From positions 416,001 to 480,000 of the forward strand of contig CBDDIJ010000002.1 in NCBI GenBank assembly GCA_965228855.1: a stretch of 64,000 nucleotides of DNA. Reading direction: 5' to 3'. Both the position numbers and the translations under genes were made by a program. This stretch comes from Candidatus Obscuribacterales bacterium (lineage in GTDB: Bacteria > Cyanobacteriota > Vampirovibrionia > Obscuribacterales > Obscuribacteraceae). Positions 31,578 to 42,045 of the stretch are shown here, piece after piece. The first letter of the stretch is position 1, and each line of letters begins with the position of its first letter. The notes beneath the pieces were generated by a model. The model worked only from the letters and a program-made list of their open reading frames with translations. It did not search any database and was not told the DNA's origin.

Positions 31578-32072
31578 CTAGCGCCCGTTGTTTCCCTCGA
31601 AATACTGTTTAATCATCTTGCGGTGCAGGTCGAAACAAACATTGCTTGGTAACTCGTGTCTTTTAAACACCCCCACATCCGACGCATCATCTCCGGCTCG
31701 CATCTTGCCTCTGACCTTCTCGCCGGCAAGGTAAAACAAGATAATCACATTGATTCCACGCCCAGGAGAAAATGCTCCGAGGATTTGTTTGATGTCGACT
31801 TCCAATCCGGTCTCTTCCCGAACCTCTCTGGCAGCCGATTCTTCCGGGCTCTCTCTAGCTTCGATGAAGCCGCCGGGCAAACACCAATCGTTGACAAACG
31901 GCTCACAATTGCGCTTGACGAGAACCAGACCCCCATCTATGGGAATCAGCGTAGCGGTAACGGGCTTTGGATTGTCCCAGTGAACAAAATCGCAAGAATC
32001 GCAGGCAACACGGTCTCGACCGCCGATCGCGAGCGTTCCTAATTTGTTGGCACACCATGGACAGCTTTTCAA
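31578..32072 (-). CDS. NUDIX hydrolase with N-terminal Zn ribbon
   Basis: CPWC..CDSC, LPGGFIE..ESAAREVREETG. Confidence 0.9.
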   Translation of the reverse strand: MKSCPWCANKLGTLAIGGRDRVACDSCDFVHWDNPKPVTATLIPIDGGLVLVKRNCEPFVNDWCLPGGFIEARESPEESAAREVREETGLEVDIKQILGAFSPGRGINVIILFYLAGEKVRGKMRAGDDASDVGVFKRHELPSNVCFDLHRKMIKQYFEGNNGR

Positions 32073-32478
32073 AGAGACTCCGCGAAAAAACAGGTGATAA
32101 TTGCGATTTTACCAGGGATTTAGCGGTTCACACTGCCTGCCTCGCCCCTCGGCACAGGCGGAACGTTTCAAAGAAAAACAAATATTTCGCTAAATTTGTT
32201 AGCGCCCGAAAAGGTCGACTTAACGCCCATCCAGACGAATCTGTCCGGTGTCGATCATCCGAAAAGTCCGATAACGACCATATATACTATTGCATCCTGA
32301 TACCACACTGTTAATATGTGCGTCACAGGCGCTGGCATATTTCTCAAGCGAAATGAATGAGCTGTATGCAAGCCGGGAATAAGACAACAAGCAGAACTCG
32401 CAGAAATACCGTTGGCGGACCGTAAAGTCTCCGCGGCAGCTTTTAATCCTCGATAAGAGGCTAGTAGGAGTCCAGAGT

Positions 32479-32664
32479 ATGAATACGGAAACCCTTATTA
32501 ACGCGTCCGACAAAGAGATCCAACCGGTCAAGTCCATCGATATCAAAGCTCCAAACTCGAAAGACGCCGAGAGAGCAAAATGTGGAAATGGCGTATGCGA
32601 AGTGGCATGGAAGCCGTTCGCACAACCTGGTACTCCGCGCGACGTGCGCCAGGCTGGCGCTTAG
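32479..32664 (+). CDS. Small hypothetical protein
   Basis: AGGAG RBS; 61 aa containing CGNGVCEV. Confidence 0.5.
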   Translation: MNTETLINASDKEIQPVKSIDIKAPNSKDAERAKCGNGVCEVAWKPFAQPGTPRDVRQAGA

Positions 32665-33050
32665 TCCCAGCACTTACCTCAATTTTTAACGGAACTTCAT
32701 CGGTTCTGGATTTGTATGATTTCAAGTGCAGCCAGTGGTGATCGCACTTGTTTTAAGCCACCCTTTTGGACTGAAACAGAATTCGCCCGTCGGCGTTGCG
32801 ATTCGAGTTGCCAAGCCGGGAATCACCTATTGGCTAGCGCAACTGCGTCGATTTTCAAACAGATCGTTAACCTCCAAAATACCTGCGCGGCATATGCCGA
32901 GTTGTCAGGTTTGATTGAAAAGACAGTCTCCGCACGAATAGGCTAAGCGGGTCTTTCTTCTCTTCTTTTCGCGAGCCTTTACCGAGCCAACAAATAGCTG
33001 CAAATGTTTTTCTGCAAATTCGGCAAACTCATTTTGCCGGAGGTAGTCAC

Positions 33051-33743
33051 ATGCGCTTCGATAAGCACATTCGCGCCGCTTCCGCCGTTACGCTCGCAGT
33101 CTTCGCACTCAGCGCTCTGGCAGGCAATTTGTTACTTCGGCTCTTCTTCTCGCTTCTTCAGGGTCCGACGGAAACGGGCTTTGAGAAAGACGTTATCAGC
33201 GCAAACAGTCTGCTTCTCATTTGCGGTCTGTTTGGTTTGATGATCGCAGTTGTCTGTTTTCGCCCAATTCTCGGATGGATTCGAGAGCGTGGGCTGCCCG
33301 GTTTCATTCCTGCACCCGACCCATTCGAGGATAAACACATTCGCGTCGCCCTGGTCGCAAGTCCGGATGGCTCGACGCCCACGGAGGTTTATTCTCAATG
33401 GATTCCGGCGCATCACATTCGCACGCTCATGAAGGGGCCGCTGGGCAAGAAATTGACTCTCGGCAACAAAGCGGGCGAACGGTTGAGCATTCTGCGTTGC
33501 CTCACAGCAGCGGAAGAGGGTGGCGATGAGATTTTCCTGGTCGTGCACCGCAAGGGGCGCCGGGTGAATTACAACATGGAGCTGCCCGCCGGCAAACGAG
33601 GAACGCTCGAAACCGACGATGAACGCAACTACGCCACCTGCTGGTACCCGCTCACGTTCGTGGGTTGCGATGATACCACCCCTGGTGGCTGGCTGAAGTT
33701 TGGAGGCGAGACACGCATCATGCGTCTCGCGTTCCTAGATTGA
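33051..33743 (+). CDS. Hypothetical protein with two N-terminal TM helices
   Basis: GGAGG RBS; 230-aa ORF. Confidence 0.65.
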   Translation: MRFDKHIRAASAVTLAVFALSALAGNLLLRLFFSLLQGPTETGFEKDVISANSLLLICGLFGLMIAVVCFRPILGWIRERGLPGFIPAPDPFEDKHIRVALVASPDGSTPTEVYSQWIPAHHIRTLMKGPLGKKLTLGNKAGERLSILRCLTAAEEGGDEIFLVVHRKGRRVNYNMELPAGKRGTLETDDERNYATCWYPLTFVGCDDTTPGGWLKFGGETRIMRLAFLD

Positions 33744-33798
33744 GGCCGGTCCGGCGCCAAGCGAAACTGCAATGCCAGTTCTTCGCTTGTCGCCCTCC

Positions 33799-34201
33799 CA
33801 GATTTTTCTACTATACAAGCTAGTCTATGTTATTAGCGCCAGTCTTCTTTTCGGGCACTTCCAAATTTGCCTACTATAGAAGCCAGTCTGAACTATTAGC
33901 GCCAGTCTTCGTTTCGGTCACTTTAGAGTCTCAAGCTTACGCGCTGTCTATCCCTCGTTGACGGATCAGATCTTCCTACTATACAAGCTAGTTTAAATTA
34001 TTGGCGCCAGTCTTCGTTTCTGTCACTTTTAGAGTCTCAAGCTTACGCGCTGTCTATCCCTCGTTGACGGATATTCAAAAAAGCGGCAATGAGGGATAGA
34101 CAGGCGAGCTGATATGCAGCCTCCGAGCTATAGGCAAATCCCCGAACTCCTGCTCGGTAGGGGAACCTCAGCTTAACCGTTAATACTATGCTCTTTAGTA
34201 G
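33799..34201. repeat. Three nested direct repeats beginning near CTACTATA, a truncated palindrome, full palindrome copy 7 and inverted motif
   Basis: CTACTATA at 33808, 33871 and 33976; half palindrome 33944-33966; full palindrome 34050-34103; TTTAGTAG 34194-34201. Confidence 0.9.
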
Positions 34202-34425
34202 GCAAAGTGGCGGGTTTAAAAAGTTCAGCATAGGCCCCGACTTACATCAGGAGCGGTTTTAATCCGCCGCTGAGTGTAAGTCGGGGGCTGCTGAGGCAAC
34301 AGCGCAATGCGTATTTCGCGGGCATGGCGCGCGAGATCGTTTCCTGCTGCCAATCCTCAGTAAGAGCACTTTAGTGCCTCGTGCGGGCGCGATTTCCAGC
34401 CGGAAATCGATTGCGACTGAAGTCC

Positions 34426-34977
34426 TTAGCCCAGCATGACCGCAACTGCGGCATTGCGCCAGGGGGAGCCGAACTCGAATGCGTTTTCCGGCTGATGCGC
34501 GACGTCACCATCCTGACGGAACCACAGGCTGTTGCGGCTTTCGCGGCGGAACTGCAGCTGTTTTCCGTTGAGAAGGCGAACGTGACGCTCGCGCTCCGTA
34601 CGGTCGCGGGTGAAGTGCGACTCGACGACGATGCCGATCGGGAAGAAGATTCGCTCGCGCACGACGAAACTGCCGTCGAGGAATCGGATGGAGATCGAGC
34701 CGGCGACGTTCTCCTTCGAGCCCGAGGGCACGACTTCGATGGTCGCACAGAAAGTCTGTCCGTCCTCGGACGTCCAGACGTTGGTGTCGGCTTCGCGGCT
34801 GTAGGTGACGCCATCGGTGTCGACGAAGCGGTTCGGGATGCCGTTGTCGTCGTATCCGATTTGGCGCGCTTTGCCGTCAGCATAGCGAACTTCGCCGATG
34901 AGACCGTTGAGGCGGCAGGTGCCAGCCGGCAGAACGGTCAATTGAAACTCGTTAGAGTATCCTCTGTTCTTAGACAT
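34426..34977 (-). CDS. Hypothetical beta-rich protein
   Basis: MSKNRGY start with GAGG RBS. Confidence 0.6.
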   Translation of the reverse strand: MSKNRGYSNEFQLTVLPAGTCRLNGLIGEVRYADGKARQIGYDDNGIPNRFVDTDGVTYSREADTNVWTSEDGQTFCATIEVVPSGSKENVAGSISIRFLDGSFVVRERIFFPIGIVVESHFTRDRTERERHVRLLNGKQLQFRRESRNSLWFRQDGDVAHQPENAFEFGSPWRNAAVAVMLG

Positions 34978-35618
34978 ATTAGTCCTCGCTTTGTTCAGGT
35001 GAATAGGCCGAAGATTGACACCGCAGGTTACGCGGTCACGAAACCTGGGCATCTTTGGTTACCCCGGAAAGTGTCGTCAGAGGTGTCCAGAAGCTCCGTG
35101 AGCTCGTACGACACCTGAGTGAACCAGAACCTCCAATCTACGAACGCGCCGACCAATCCAGAAGCTGATACAGCCCGTGGAGAGATTGGTTTTGTTGCGG
35201 TGCAGATAGGGGTTCGAGTGCGGAAGAGACCTGGAGAGGTTTGAGATGAGAAGCACTCACAACTTATGAACCGGGCGGGCTGCTGAACAATCTTTCTTAC
35301 ACTGCATAAACGCAGTGTGTACGCTGATTAAGCGCATGCGCTAGCGTTTCAGGTATTTTTAACAGTTCCGAAAACAGTTGTAGATGCTGCTATAGACGCC
35401 TTTTTTAAGCATTTCTTCCAAACCGTGATCGATTGACGTTTCAGGCAGTTGCGCCTGAAATCGTTGATGGTGAGCGCTTTTAGCAACCTGTGCTGAAACT
35501 AATACAAATTGCCCTGGCCGGAGTTCGCTCTGCAAACGCAAAAATATCCAAAGCAAATATTTTAGACCACTCTCGCGCTAATTAACACGAGCTCGCGAAG
35601 CTATCAGATCCAACATCC

Positions 35619-35647
35619 TTGACAACGGCGTAAAGAAAGCTTAGTAA
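35619..35647 (+). promoter_or_regulatory. Possible sigma70-type promoter
   Basis: TTGACA-17 nt-TAGTAA about 350 nt upstream of 35997. Confidence 0.4.
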
Positions 35648-35996
35648 CCCTGGTTCTTGGAGCTAAACATCGCTAGGTTCTGAGTATCAGTTTTCTGTTT
35701 CAGCTTTAAGAACTTCGCTCCGTAAACCGTCCCCTCAACTCCATCTCAAACCACCGCACGTGAAGTTCAGCTTCGCGGCAGTACACGGGATGAGTTGGGA
35801 CTTGTCGTGACGGTACGCGTGTCGTGGATCTGACGAGCTGCATCAGAACTGTCGTGGAAACGGGCTCCGAATCGAACCGTGTTGTGCGGTCACGAGCGGT
35901 CCCAAGCGTGAGTCGGATTGACCATCCGGCTTTTGTCCATTCACAGGTCGAGCTGAACCAATCTCACAGCTCACTACGAGAGGAAACTCTACTTTT

Positions 35997-38060
35997 ATGA
36001 ACATCACATCCGCTGATTCGGGCAAGCCTGCCAGCTTGCCAACCCGCATCATCTCGGCTGTCGTCGGTGGTGGACTCGCCTACATGGCGGCGTCTTACTT
36101 CGCGGCCCTGCCGATCGCCCTCGTCGTCGCGGCTCTGGTCGCTGCGGTCGGGCTCGTCTCGCCCAAGTGGCTCCTCTTCCCGGTCGCCGGTGTCGTCGTG
36201 CCGGCTTACCGGCTCGGCAAGTACCTCTCCGGCAAGGCCTACCACGGCATCTTCCCGGGAATCTTCAACGCTCTCGCCGGACTGGCGTCCTCCGTCGCCG
36301 CAGCGATGGCAACGGCCACCTACGTCGGCTGGGCGAACGGCTTGTCCGTCCTCGTCTGGTTTCCGGCGTGCTGCATCGCATTCGTGGCCACGCTGTTCAT
36401 CATCGAACCCGCGGTCTACCTGGTCATCCTGAAGCCCGCCTGCGACCTTCTCGAGGCGATCTGGGACTGGACCCGCGACGTGCTGAAGAAGTACGCCAAG
36501 CCCTTCTTCGCCGGCATCGTCAACGCCACCAAGCTCCTGCCCGGCTCCAGCCAGCTCTGGGCCTGGGTCGAGAACAAGGAGAAGGGTGCGCAGTGGGTCG
36601 ACGGTTTCATGGGCTTCGTCACGGTCATCGGCTCGCTGGGCCTGACCGCCACCGTCGCCTACGCCGTCTTCAACCTCGTCGCCCCGTTCACCGCGCTCCT
36701 CGGCGTCTCATGGCTCGTGACCGGTTCCACCTGGTTCGTCGCAGGTGTCGCCGCCATCGCCGTCATCGGTGTGCTGTACCAGCTGATCGACAAGGGTGAA
36801 CTGCCGTTCGTCGCCACCGCGCTTTCGGGCGCCGGTGTGTACGCCATCCAGCCCGTCGTCGCCTCGCTCGGCTTCGGTCTGATCGGCAACATCGCCATCA
36901 GCGCTGCCGCCTTCGTCCTGTCAGTCGCCTACGTCTACCCGGCGGTGCACGGTCTGCTCAAGACCGGTCTCATCAAGGCGATTCTCGACGGCGTGAAGAA
37001 GCTGGTGGAGAAGACCTACGACGAGCAGGACAAGGACTTCCGCAAGTTCTTCGCGCACGTCGTCACTCCGGTGGTCACCCTGATCGCCGCAGGCGTCGTC
37101 TTCTGGGCGCTGTCGTTCTACTCGCTGCCGTTCGCGCTCGTCGCTCTCTTCGCGGCGGTCACGGCGGTCACTACCTACGTCGGCGTCGGCGAAGCCTTCG
37201 ACGACTTCCCGACCACGATCGCCACGAGCGTCGTGCTCTCCCTCGCGGCCGGGTTCGGTGGCTGGTACTTCTTCGCCGAAACCAGCCCGTACATCCTGTG
37301 GCCGTCCCTGGTCGCCCTGGTCGCCGCCACGTTCGCGGTGATTCTGCCGATCATCTACCTCGGCTTCCGCGCCGTGACGTTCCCGATCGCCAAGCCTGTC
37401 GGCGCCTCGCTTGCCGCCCTCAACAAGAAGGCGTACAACGCGGTTCGCGACCTGACCAAGTGGTGGGACAAGAACGTCATCGAGAAGACCTACGAGGACC
37501 GCAGCGACTACAAGGGCTCGTTCCTGCACATCTTCAACGCCGGCGTTCTCGCCCTCGGCATCTGGACCGCTCTGCCCCTCACGGCGGGCTGGCTGGGTCT
37601 GCCGGGCTGGGCGATCATCGCGGGTCTCGTGGCTTCCGGCTACATCGTGTACATGGTGCTGGGCCGCGTGCTGCTGTCGGTTGGCGTGGGAGCGGTCGGC
37701 GTCGCCGCTGCTGTCGCGTCCTTCGCCGGCATCACCTGGGAGCTCTATCAGGTCGACCCGTCCAAGTGGTGGCTCGCTGCGCTCGTCGCCGCGACCTTCA
37801 CGAGCGCCATCGGTGTGGTTGTCGTCCCGGTTCTGCTGCTGGGCGTCAAAACCATCGGCGGCTGGCTCATCACCCCGGTCGGTAAGGGCTTCGGCGCTGT
37901 CTACGACTTCGCCTGGGCTCGGTTCGAGGTGATCTGGGACGCCTTCGTCTGGGTGTGCAAGTTCGTCAACAACTGGCTGTTCATGCCGATCATCCGGCTG
38001 CTCGGTGGCATCATCAACGCCATCGTCGACGCCTGGAACAGCATGTTCGGTCGCAAGTAA
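35997..38060 (+). CDS. Large polytopic membrane protein of unknown family
   Basis: 687 aa, many TM helices, extreme C-ending codon bias, internal EKTY repeat. Confidence 0.85.
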   Translation: MNITSADSGKPASLPTRIISAVVGGGLAYMAASYFAALPIALVVAALVAAVGLVSPKWLLFPVAGVVVPAYRLGKYLSGKAYHGIFPGIFNALAGLASSVAAAMATATYVGWANGLSVLVWFPACCIAFVATLFIIEPAVYLVILKPACDLLEAIWDWTRDVLKKYAKPFFAGIVNATKLLPGSSQLWAWVENKEKGAQWVDGFMGFVTVIGSLGLTATVAYAVFNLVAPFTALLGVSWLVTGSTWFVAGVAAIAVIGVLYQLIDKGELPFVATALSGAGVYAIQPVVASLGFGLIGNIAISAAAFVLSVAYVYPAVHGLLKTGLIKAILDGVKKLVEKTYDEQDKDFRKFFAHVVTPVVTLIAAGVVFWALSFYSLPFALVALFAAVTAVTTYVGVGEAFDDFPTTIATSVVLSLAAGFGGWYFFAETSPYILWPSLVALVAATFAVILPIIYLGFRAVTFPIAKPVGASLAALNKKAYNAVRDLTKWWDKNVIEKTYEDRSDYKGSFLHIFNAGVLALGIWTALPLTAGWLGLPGWAIIAGLVASGYIVYMVLGRVLLSVGVGAVGVAAAVASFAGITWELYQVDPSKWWLAALVAATFTSAIGVVVVPVLLLGVKTIGGWLITPVGKGFGAVYDFAWARFEVIWDAFVWVCKFVNNWLFMPIIRLLGGIINAIVDAWNSMFGRK

Positions 38061-38161
38061 ACGCGAAAACGCCGAGCGCTCGCAAGAGTAGCTAGCTAAA
38101 CCGCGTGCGAAGGCGGGCAGGCATCGGGATTCGTCCCGATGTCCTGCTCTCCCTTCGTCTC

Positions 38162-38730
38162 CCAACTCTCCCTACTATATGCCGACATAATCCGTAATTC
38201 CCCGACACGATTTTGATAGGCGCCAAATCTTTCTACTATACGCCGACATAATCCGTAATTCCCGACAAGCCTTCGGATAGGCGTTCTTCGGCGTACCGGC
38301 TTCAAGCCAACCACCCTTTGGCAATGGTGCGTAGACGATTTTCGCGAATTCCGTCATAGCCAGATAGACAGCGGCGACTTTTTACGCCCCTGCCAGGGTT
38401 GCAGAATCATCCCAACCCCGGGTCAGCTCAACGTTTTGAGCCGGAACAGGCTTATCATACTGTATAGTAGTAAGATTTGGTCGCCTTTTGGCAATGGTAC
38501 GTAGACGATTTTTGCCAAATGCGTCGTAGCCAGATAGACAGCGGCGACTCTTTGCAGCCCTGCACGGGTTGTGGAATCGCCACAATTCCCGGTCATCTCG
38601 ACGTTTTCAGCCCGAAGATAGCTACCAAGCCGTATAGTAGTAAGATTTGGTCAGAATCATCCCAACCCCGGGCCAGCTCAACGTTTTAAGCCGGAACACG
38701 CTTATCATGCCGTATAGTAGCAAAAGTTTT
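38162..38730. repeat. Cluster of CTACTATA motifs and 54-bp palindromes (copies 8 and 9)
   Basis: CTACTATA at 38172 and 38233; palindromes 38318-38371 and 38488-38541; TATAGTAG at 38463, 38633 and 38713. Confidence 0.9.
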
Positions 38731-38734
38731 GGGA

Positions 38735-38766
38735 GAACCGGGCGCGAGAGAGTGCGCGCCCGGTTC
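38735..38766 (-). terminator. Hairpin after the PP2C gene
   Basis: GAACCGGGCGCG...CGCGCCCGGTTC. Confidence 0.65.
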
Positions 38767-38772
38767 GGAAAA

Positions 38773-39654
38773 CTAGTCGATGTCGATCACGATGGCGGTG
38801 GCGTTGTCCTTGGTGGCGTCCGCCAGAGCGTTGTCGATGAGCGCCTGCACGCGTTCTTCGACTGTGCCCTCACCACCGAGGATGGCTGCGATCTTGCTGA
38901 GCTCGCTGTAGTCAGTGAGCCCATCGGAGCAGATCAGATAGCGATCGCCCGGCTCGATCTCGATCGTCTTCTCTTCCCATTCCGGCAGCTTGTGCTCGCC
39001 GTTGACGCACTTGTGCAGCACGTTGCGGTACGGACTGGTGGCGATTTCCGCCTCGCTGAGCTTGCCTGCCTTCCACAGGAAGACAGCCACCGAGTGGTCT
39101 TCGGTCAACTGCTCGAGCACTCCGGCGCGCAGTCGGAAGAGCGGCGAATCGCCGGACCAGCCGACGTGCAGTTGGTTCGGGGCGACACGGCGAACCGCGG
39201 TAACTGTCGTGCCGAAGCGCTTGCGGCGCGGGTCCTCGGCAACCAAATCGCGCATGCGCAGGTTCGCGAGCGTGACGGCCGCCTCGAACCAGTTTGGTTG
39301 CTCGAGATCCGTGTCCTGGAATGCGCCGATCGCAGCAGCAGAAGCCTCCTCGCCGCACGCCATGCCGCCCATGCCGTCGGCAACGATGTAGGCGTCCCCC
39401 TTGAGCAAGAAGGCGTCCTCGTTGTTCTCGCGCCCGCCGATGTGTGTGCCACCAGATGCGGTGATCTTCATGCCGGTCCTCTTGAACTTCTCGTTGGATT
39501 TCCGCTTCGCAAGCAGAAATCGGAACACGTATCCGCCGACGACCAGCGCGGCGACAGCCACGAGAATCGCCGAAGCGGATGAGAGAAAACCGTTGGCGAA
39601 CAGCGCCTGAAAAGCGCCGCTGTTTGCCAACAAACAATCGATGTTGCTCGTCAT
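38773..39654 (-). CDS. PP2C-family Ser/Thr phosphatase with N-terminal TM helix
   Basis: RENNED, VADGMGG, GTT, GDS, LTEDHS, CSDGL, DNAT. Confidence 0.92.
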   Translation of the reverse strand: MTSNIDCLLANSGAFQALFANGFLSSASAILVAVAALVVGGYVFRFLLAKRKSNEKFKRTGMKITASGGTHIGGRENNEDAFLLKGDAYIVADGMGGMACGEEASAAAIGAFQDTDLEQPNWFEAAVTLANLRMRDLVAEDPRRKRFGTTVTAVRRVAPNQLHVGWSGDSPLFRLRAGVLEQLTEDHSVAVFLWKAGKLSEAEIATSPYRNVLHKCVNGEHKLPEWEEKTIEIEPGDRYLICSDGLTDYSELSKIAAILGGEGTVEERVQALIDNALADATKDNATAIVIDID

Positions 39655-40005
39655 GGTCCGAACCCTTTCGTAAAACTGATTTTGCAGCAGTCGCAGCTGG
39701 GAACACCACGACGTTCCGTTTCCACACCATCGAGAAGCACGAGCAGCTCACCCGCATCAAAGTACAACTCCCACCGCTTGGCGGCTGGGCAGTTCAAACT
39801 TAGTAGCGGATGGGTGAGCGTTCTGGTCGTGAATTCTCGAAAAAATGCAGAAAGAAGATACAATCATGGTTGGCATATGTTCTGTTTCCAAACAAGCTTT
39901 TATGTCTTGGAACAGCTAACTTCTGCCGAAACCGAAATCGTGCTATTCACACATCGCATATTCGTTCATATCAAAACCGTTTGAACGAAACACCGGAAAC
40001 CATAA

Positions 40006-40860
40006 ATGAGTGTCGAACAATCAAATTCAGTCGTGCAAGTCGAGAACGTGCGAAAAGAGTTCGGCGCTTTCACAGCTGTTTCCGACGTGTCATTCTCTGT
40101 GGCACGCGGCGAAATAGTGGGATTGCTGGGCGCAAACGGTGCCGGCAAAACCACTCTCATTCAGATGTTGCTCGGACTACTCAGCCCCACATCCGGTTTG
40201 ATCCGGGTCTTTGGAATGGACCCGGAGAAAGATCGAATCGCTATTTTAAAACGTGCCAACTTTTCATCCGCGTATATCGCTATGCCTTACAACTTGAAGG
40301 TGGTGGAAAACCTTGATGTTTTCGCAGGTTTATATCGCGTTAAAAATCCGAAGAAGAAAATCGACGATCTTTTGGAATTGTTCGGGGTCGCTCATTTGAA
40401 AACGCGCATGACAGGCAGACTTTCCTCAGGGGAATCAACACGCGTGAATTTGTGCAAGGCGTTGTTGAACGATCCGGAAATTTTGTTTCTCGACGAACCA
40501 ACCGCGAGCCTGGACCCAGACATCGCCGATAAGGTGCGAAAACTGTTGACGCAATACAAGCGCGAACACAACACGACAATGATTTACACGTCGCACAATA
40601 TGAAGGACGTAGAGGAGCTCTGCGACAGGATTCTCTTTGTCGCAGGCGGCAAAATAATTGCAGACGGAAGAACCGAAGACGTGCTCACTAAGTTCGAAAA
40701 GAGTTCGCTCGAGGAGCTTTTCATCAAAATAGCGCGCGACGGTGAAATCACCACCACCGGTGGCAATGATGAAGACGAGTCAAGTTCCCAATCGCAAACC
40801 CTGGACAAGGGCAACCTGGCTGCCGTGCGGGATGCAGAGCGAGGCAACACAAATGATTAG
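40006..40860 (+). CDS. ABC transporter ATP-binding protein
   Basis: GANGAGKTT, LSSGE, LFLDEPT, SH. Confidence 0.93.
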   Translation: MSVEQSNSVVQVENVRKEFGAFTAVSDVSFSVARGEIVGLLGANGAGKTTLIQMLLGLLSPTSGLIRVFGMDPEKDRIAILKRANFSSAYIAMPYNLKVVENLDVFAGLYRVKNPKKKIDDLLELFGVAHLKTRMTGRLSSGESTRVNLCKALLNDPEILFLDEPTASLDPDIADKVRKLLTQYKREHNTTMIYTSHNMKDVEELCDRILFVAGGKIIADGRTEDVLTKFEKSSLEELFIKIARDGEITTTGGNDEDESSSQSQTLDKGNLAAVRDAERGNTND

Positions 40861-41647
40861 CTGGCCGGTTGTCGCCTCTCTGTGCAAAAGATACATCTAT
40901 ATTTATTCGAGAAACAGCTTCCGAATTCTCGACGTCACATTCTGGCCGGTCATGGATCTTCTCGTCTGGGGCTGGGTTTCAAACTACATGCTCTCAAATC
41001 AGAATGGCATTCCTCAGATGGTCACGTTTCTCGTCGGCTCGATCATCCTGTTCAACATTCTCTACCGAGCCCAGCAGGGCATAACGGTTTCCTTCCTCGA
41101 AGACATCTGGTCGAGAAACTTGTTGAACGTGTTCGCCGCCCCCGTACGAGCGTCCGAATTTATCGCCGCAACCTATCTAGTAGGTTTGACTCAGGCGTTA
41201 ATGGTACTGGCGGTAATGGCAGTCGCAGCCGCTTCGATTTACAATTTCAACCTGAGCGCAATCGGTTGGACACTGATTCCGCTGTTTCTAAATCTTCTGG
41301 TCATGGGCTGGTGGCTGGGCATGTTCACCACCGCGCTAATCCTGCGTTTCGGCAATCAGGCTGAGGCTCTGGCGTGGGCGGTCCCTTTTCTAATACAGCC
41401 ACTATCTGCGGTGTTCTATCCGGTTTCAATTCTTCCAAAATTTCTGCAACCAGTCTCGAATTGCATTCCGGCCGCGCATGTCTTCGAAGGGATGCGCGAG
41501 ATTCTGCAAAAGAACCAGTTTCCGCAGGAGCACTTGCTCACAGCGACCGTTCTCAACGCGATTTATATGACGCTATCGGCACTGTTTTTCGCGTTCATGT
41601 TCAAAGAAGCGCGCCGCAAGGGGCTCATCAGCAAGTTAGTTTGCTGA
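40853..41647 (+). CDS. ABC-2 type permease
   Basis: About 6 TM helices, FYPVSILP; overlaps the ATPase stop codon. Confidence 0.88.
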   Translation: MISWPVVASLCKRYIYIYSRNSFRILDVTFWPVMDLLVWGWVSNYMLSNQNGIPQMVTFLVGSIILFNILYRAQQGITVSFLEDIWSRNLLNVFAAPVRASEFIAATYLVGLTQALMVLAVMAVAAASIYNFNLSAIGWTLIPLFLNLLVMGWWLGMFTTALILRFGNQAEALAWAVPFLIQPLSAVFYPVSILPKFLQPVSNCIPAAHVFEGMREILQKNQFPQEHLLTATVLNAIYMTLSALFFAFMFKEARRKGLISKLVC

Positions 41648-41761
41648 AGCGCAAACTGTTTTTCTCAAAAGAAATTGGGCTGTCAAGCGCGAATAGTCGG
41701 CGACGAGGGGTAAGTAAGTCTTACCGGGATAGATTTTTATACTTGAAAGCAGAGGTGCGCA

Positions 41762-41911
41762 ATGGCTAAACTCTCGAAGAATTTTTTGTCTGCATTTAAA
41801 CAGTTCCTGTTGTCTCTGGTTCCATCAGACAGCGACAGTGCATGGGATGACTACCGGAAAGCCAGAGTTATGGCAGCTCAGCCGGTTCCAATTCGGATTC
41901 ATACCAAGTAG
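41762..41911 (+). CDS. Possible 49-aa small protein
   Basis: GAGGTG RBS; MAKLSKNFLSAFKQFLLSLV...IRIHTK. Confidence 0.4.
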   Translation: MAKLSKNFLSAFKQFLLSLVPSDSDSAWDDYRKARVMAAQPVPIRIHTK

Positions 41912-42045
41912 ATCACTTTAGTAGTTCAAAATCAGCATAGGGCTCAATAGCAATGCTAAGCTTAGGTACGCGTGTGCCGGCTCGCCAAGATTGGCGATGA
42001 TTGCAAAGAAACGCTTACTAGCAACTGTTTCGAAAGGAATTATCT

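Noticed and set aside
33799..34103. Tandem repeats here and at 9758, 24198 and 38172 as CRISPR arrays
   Set aside because: Only 2-3 units of variable length, the sequence between motifs is itself duplicated rather than unique spacers, and there is no cas operon.
5610..35878. Recurring CGAATCGAACC in intergenic DNA (about 5610, 17718, 35868)
   Set aside because: Short, and its orientation relative to transcription is inconsistent; could be chance.
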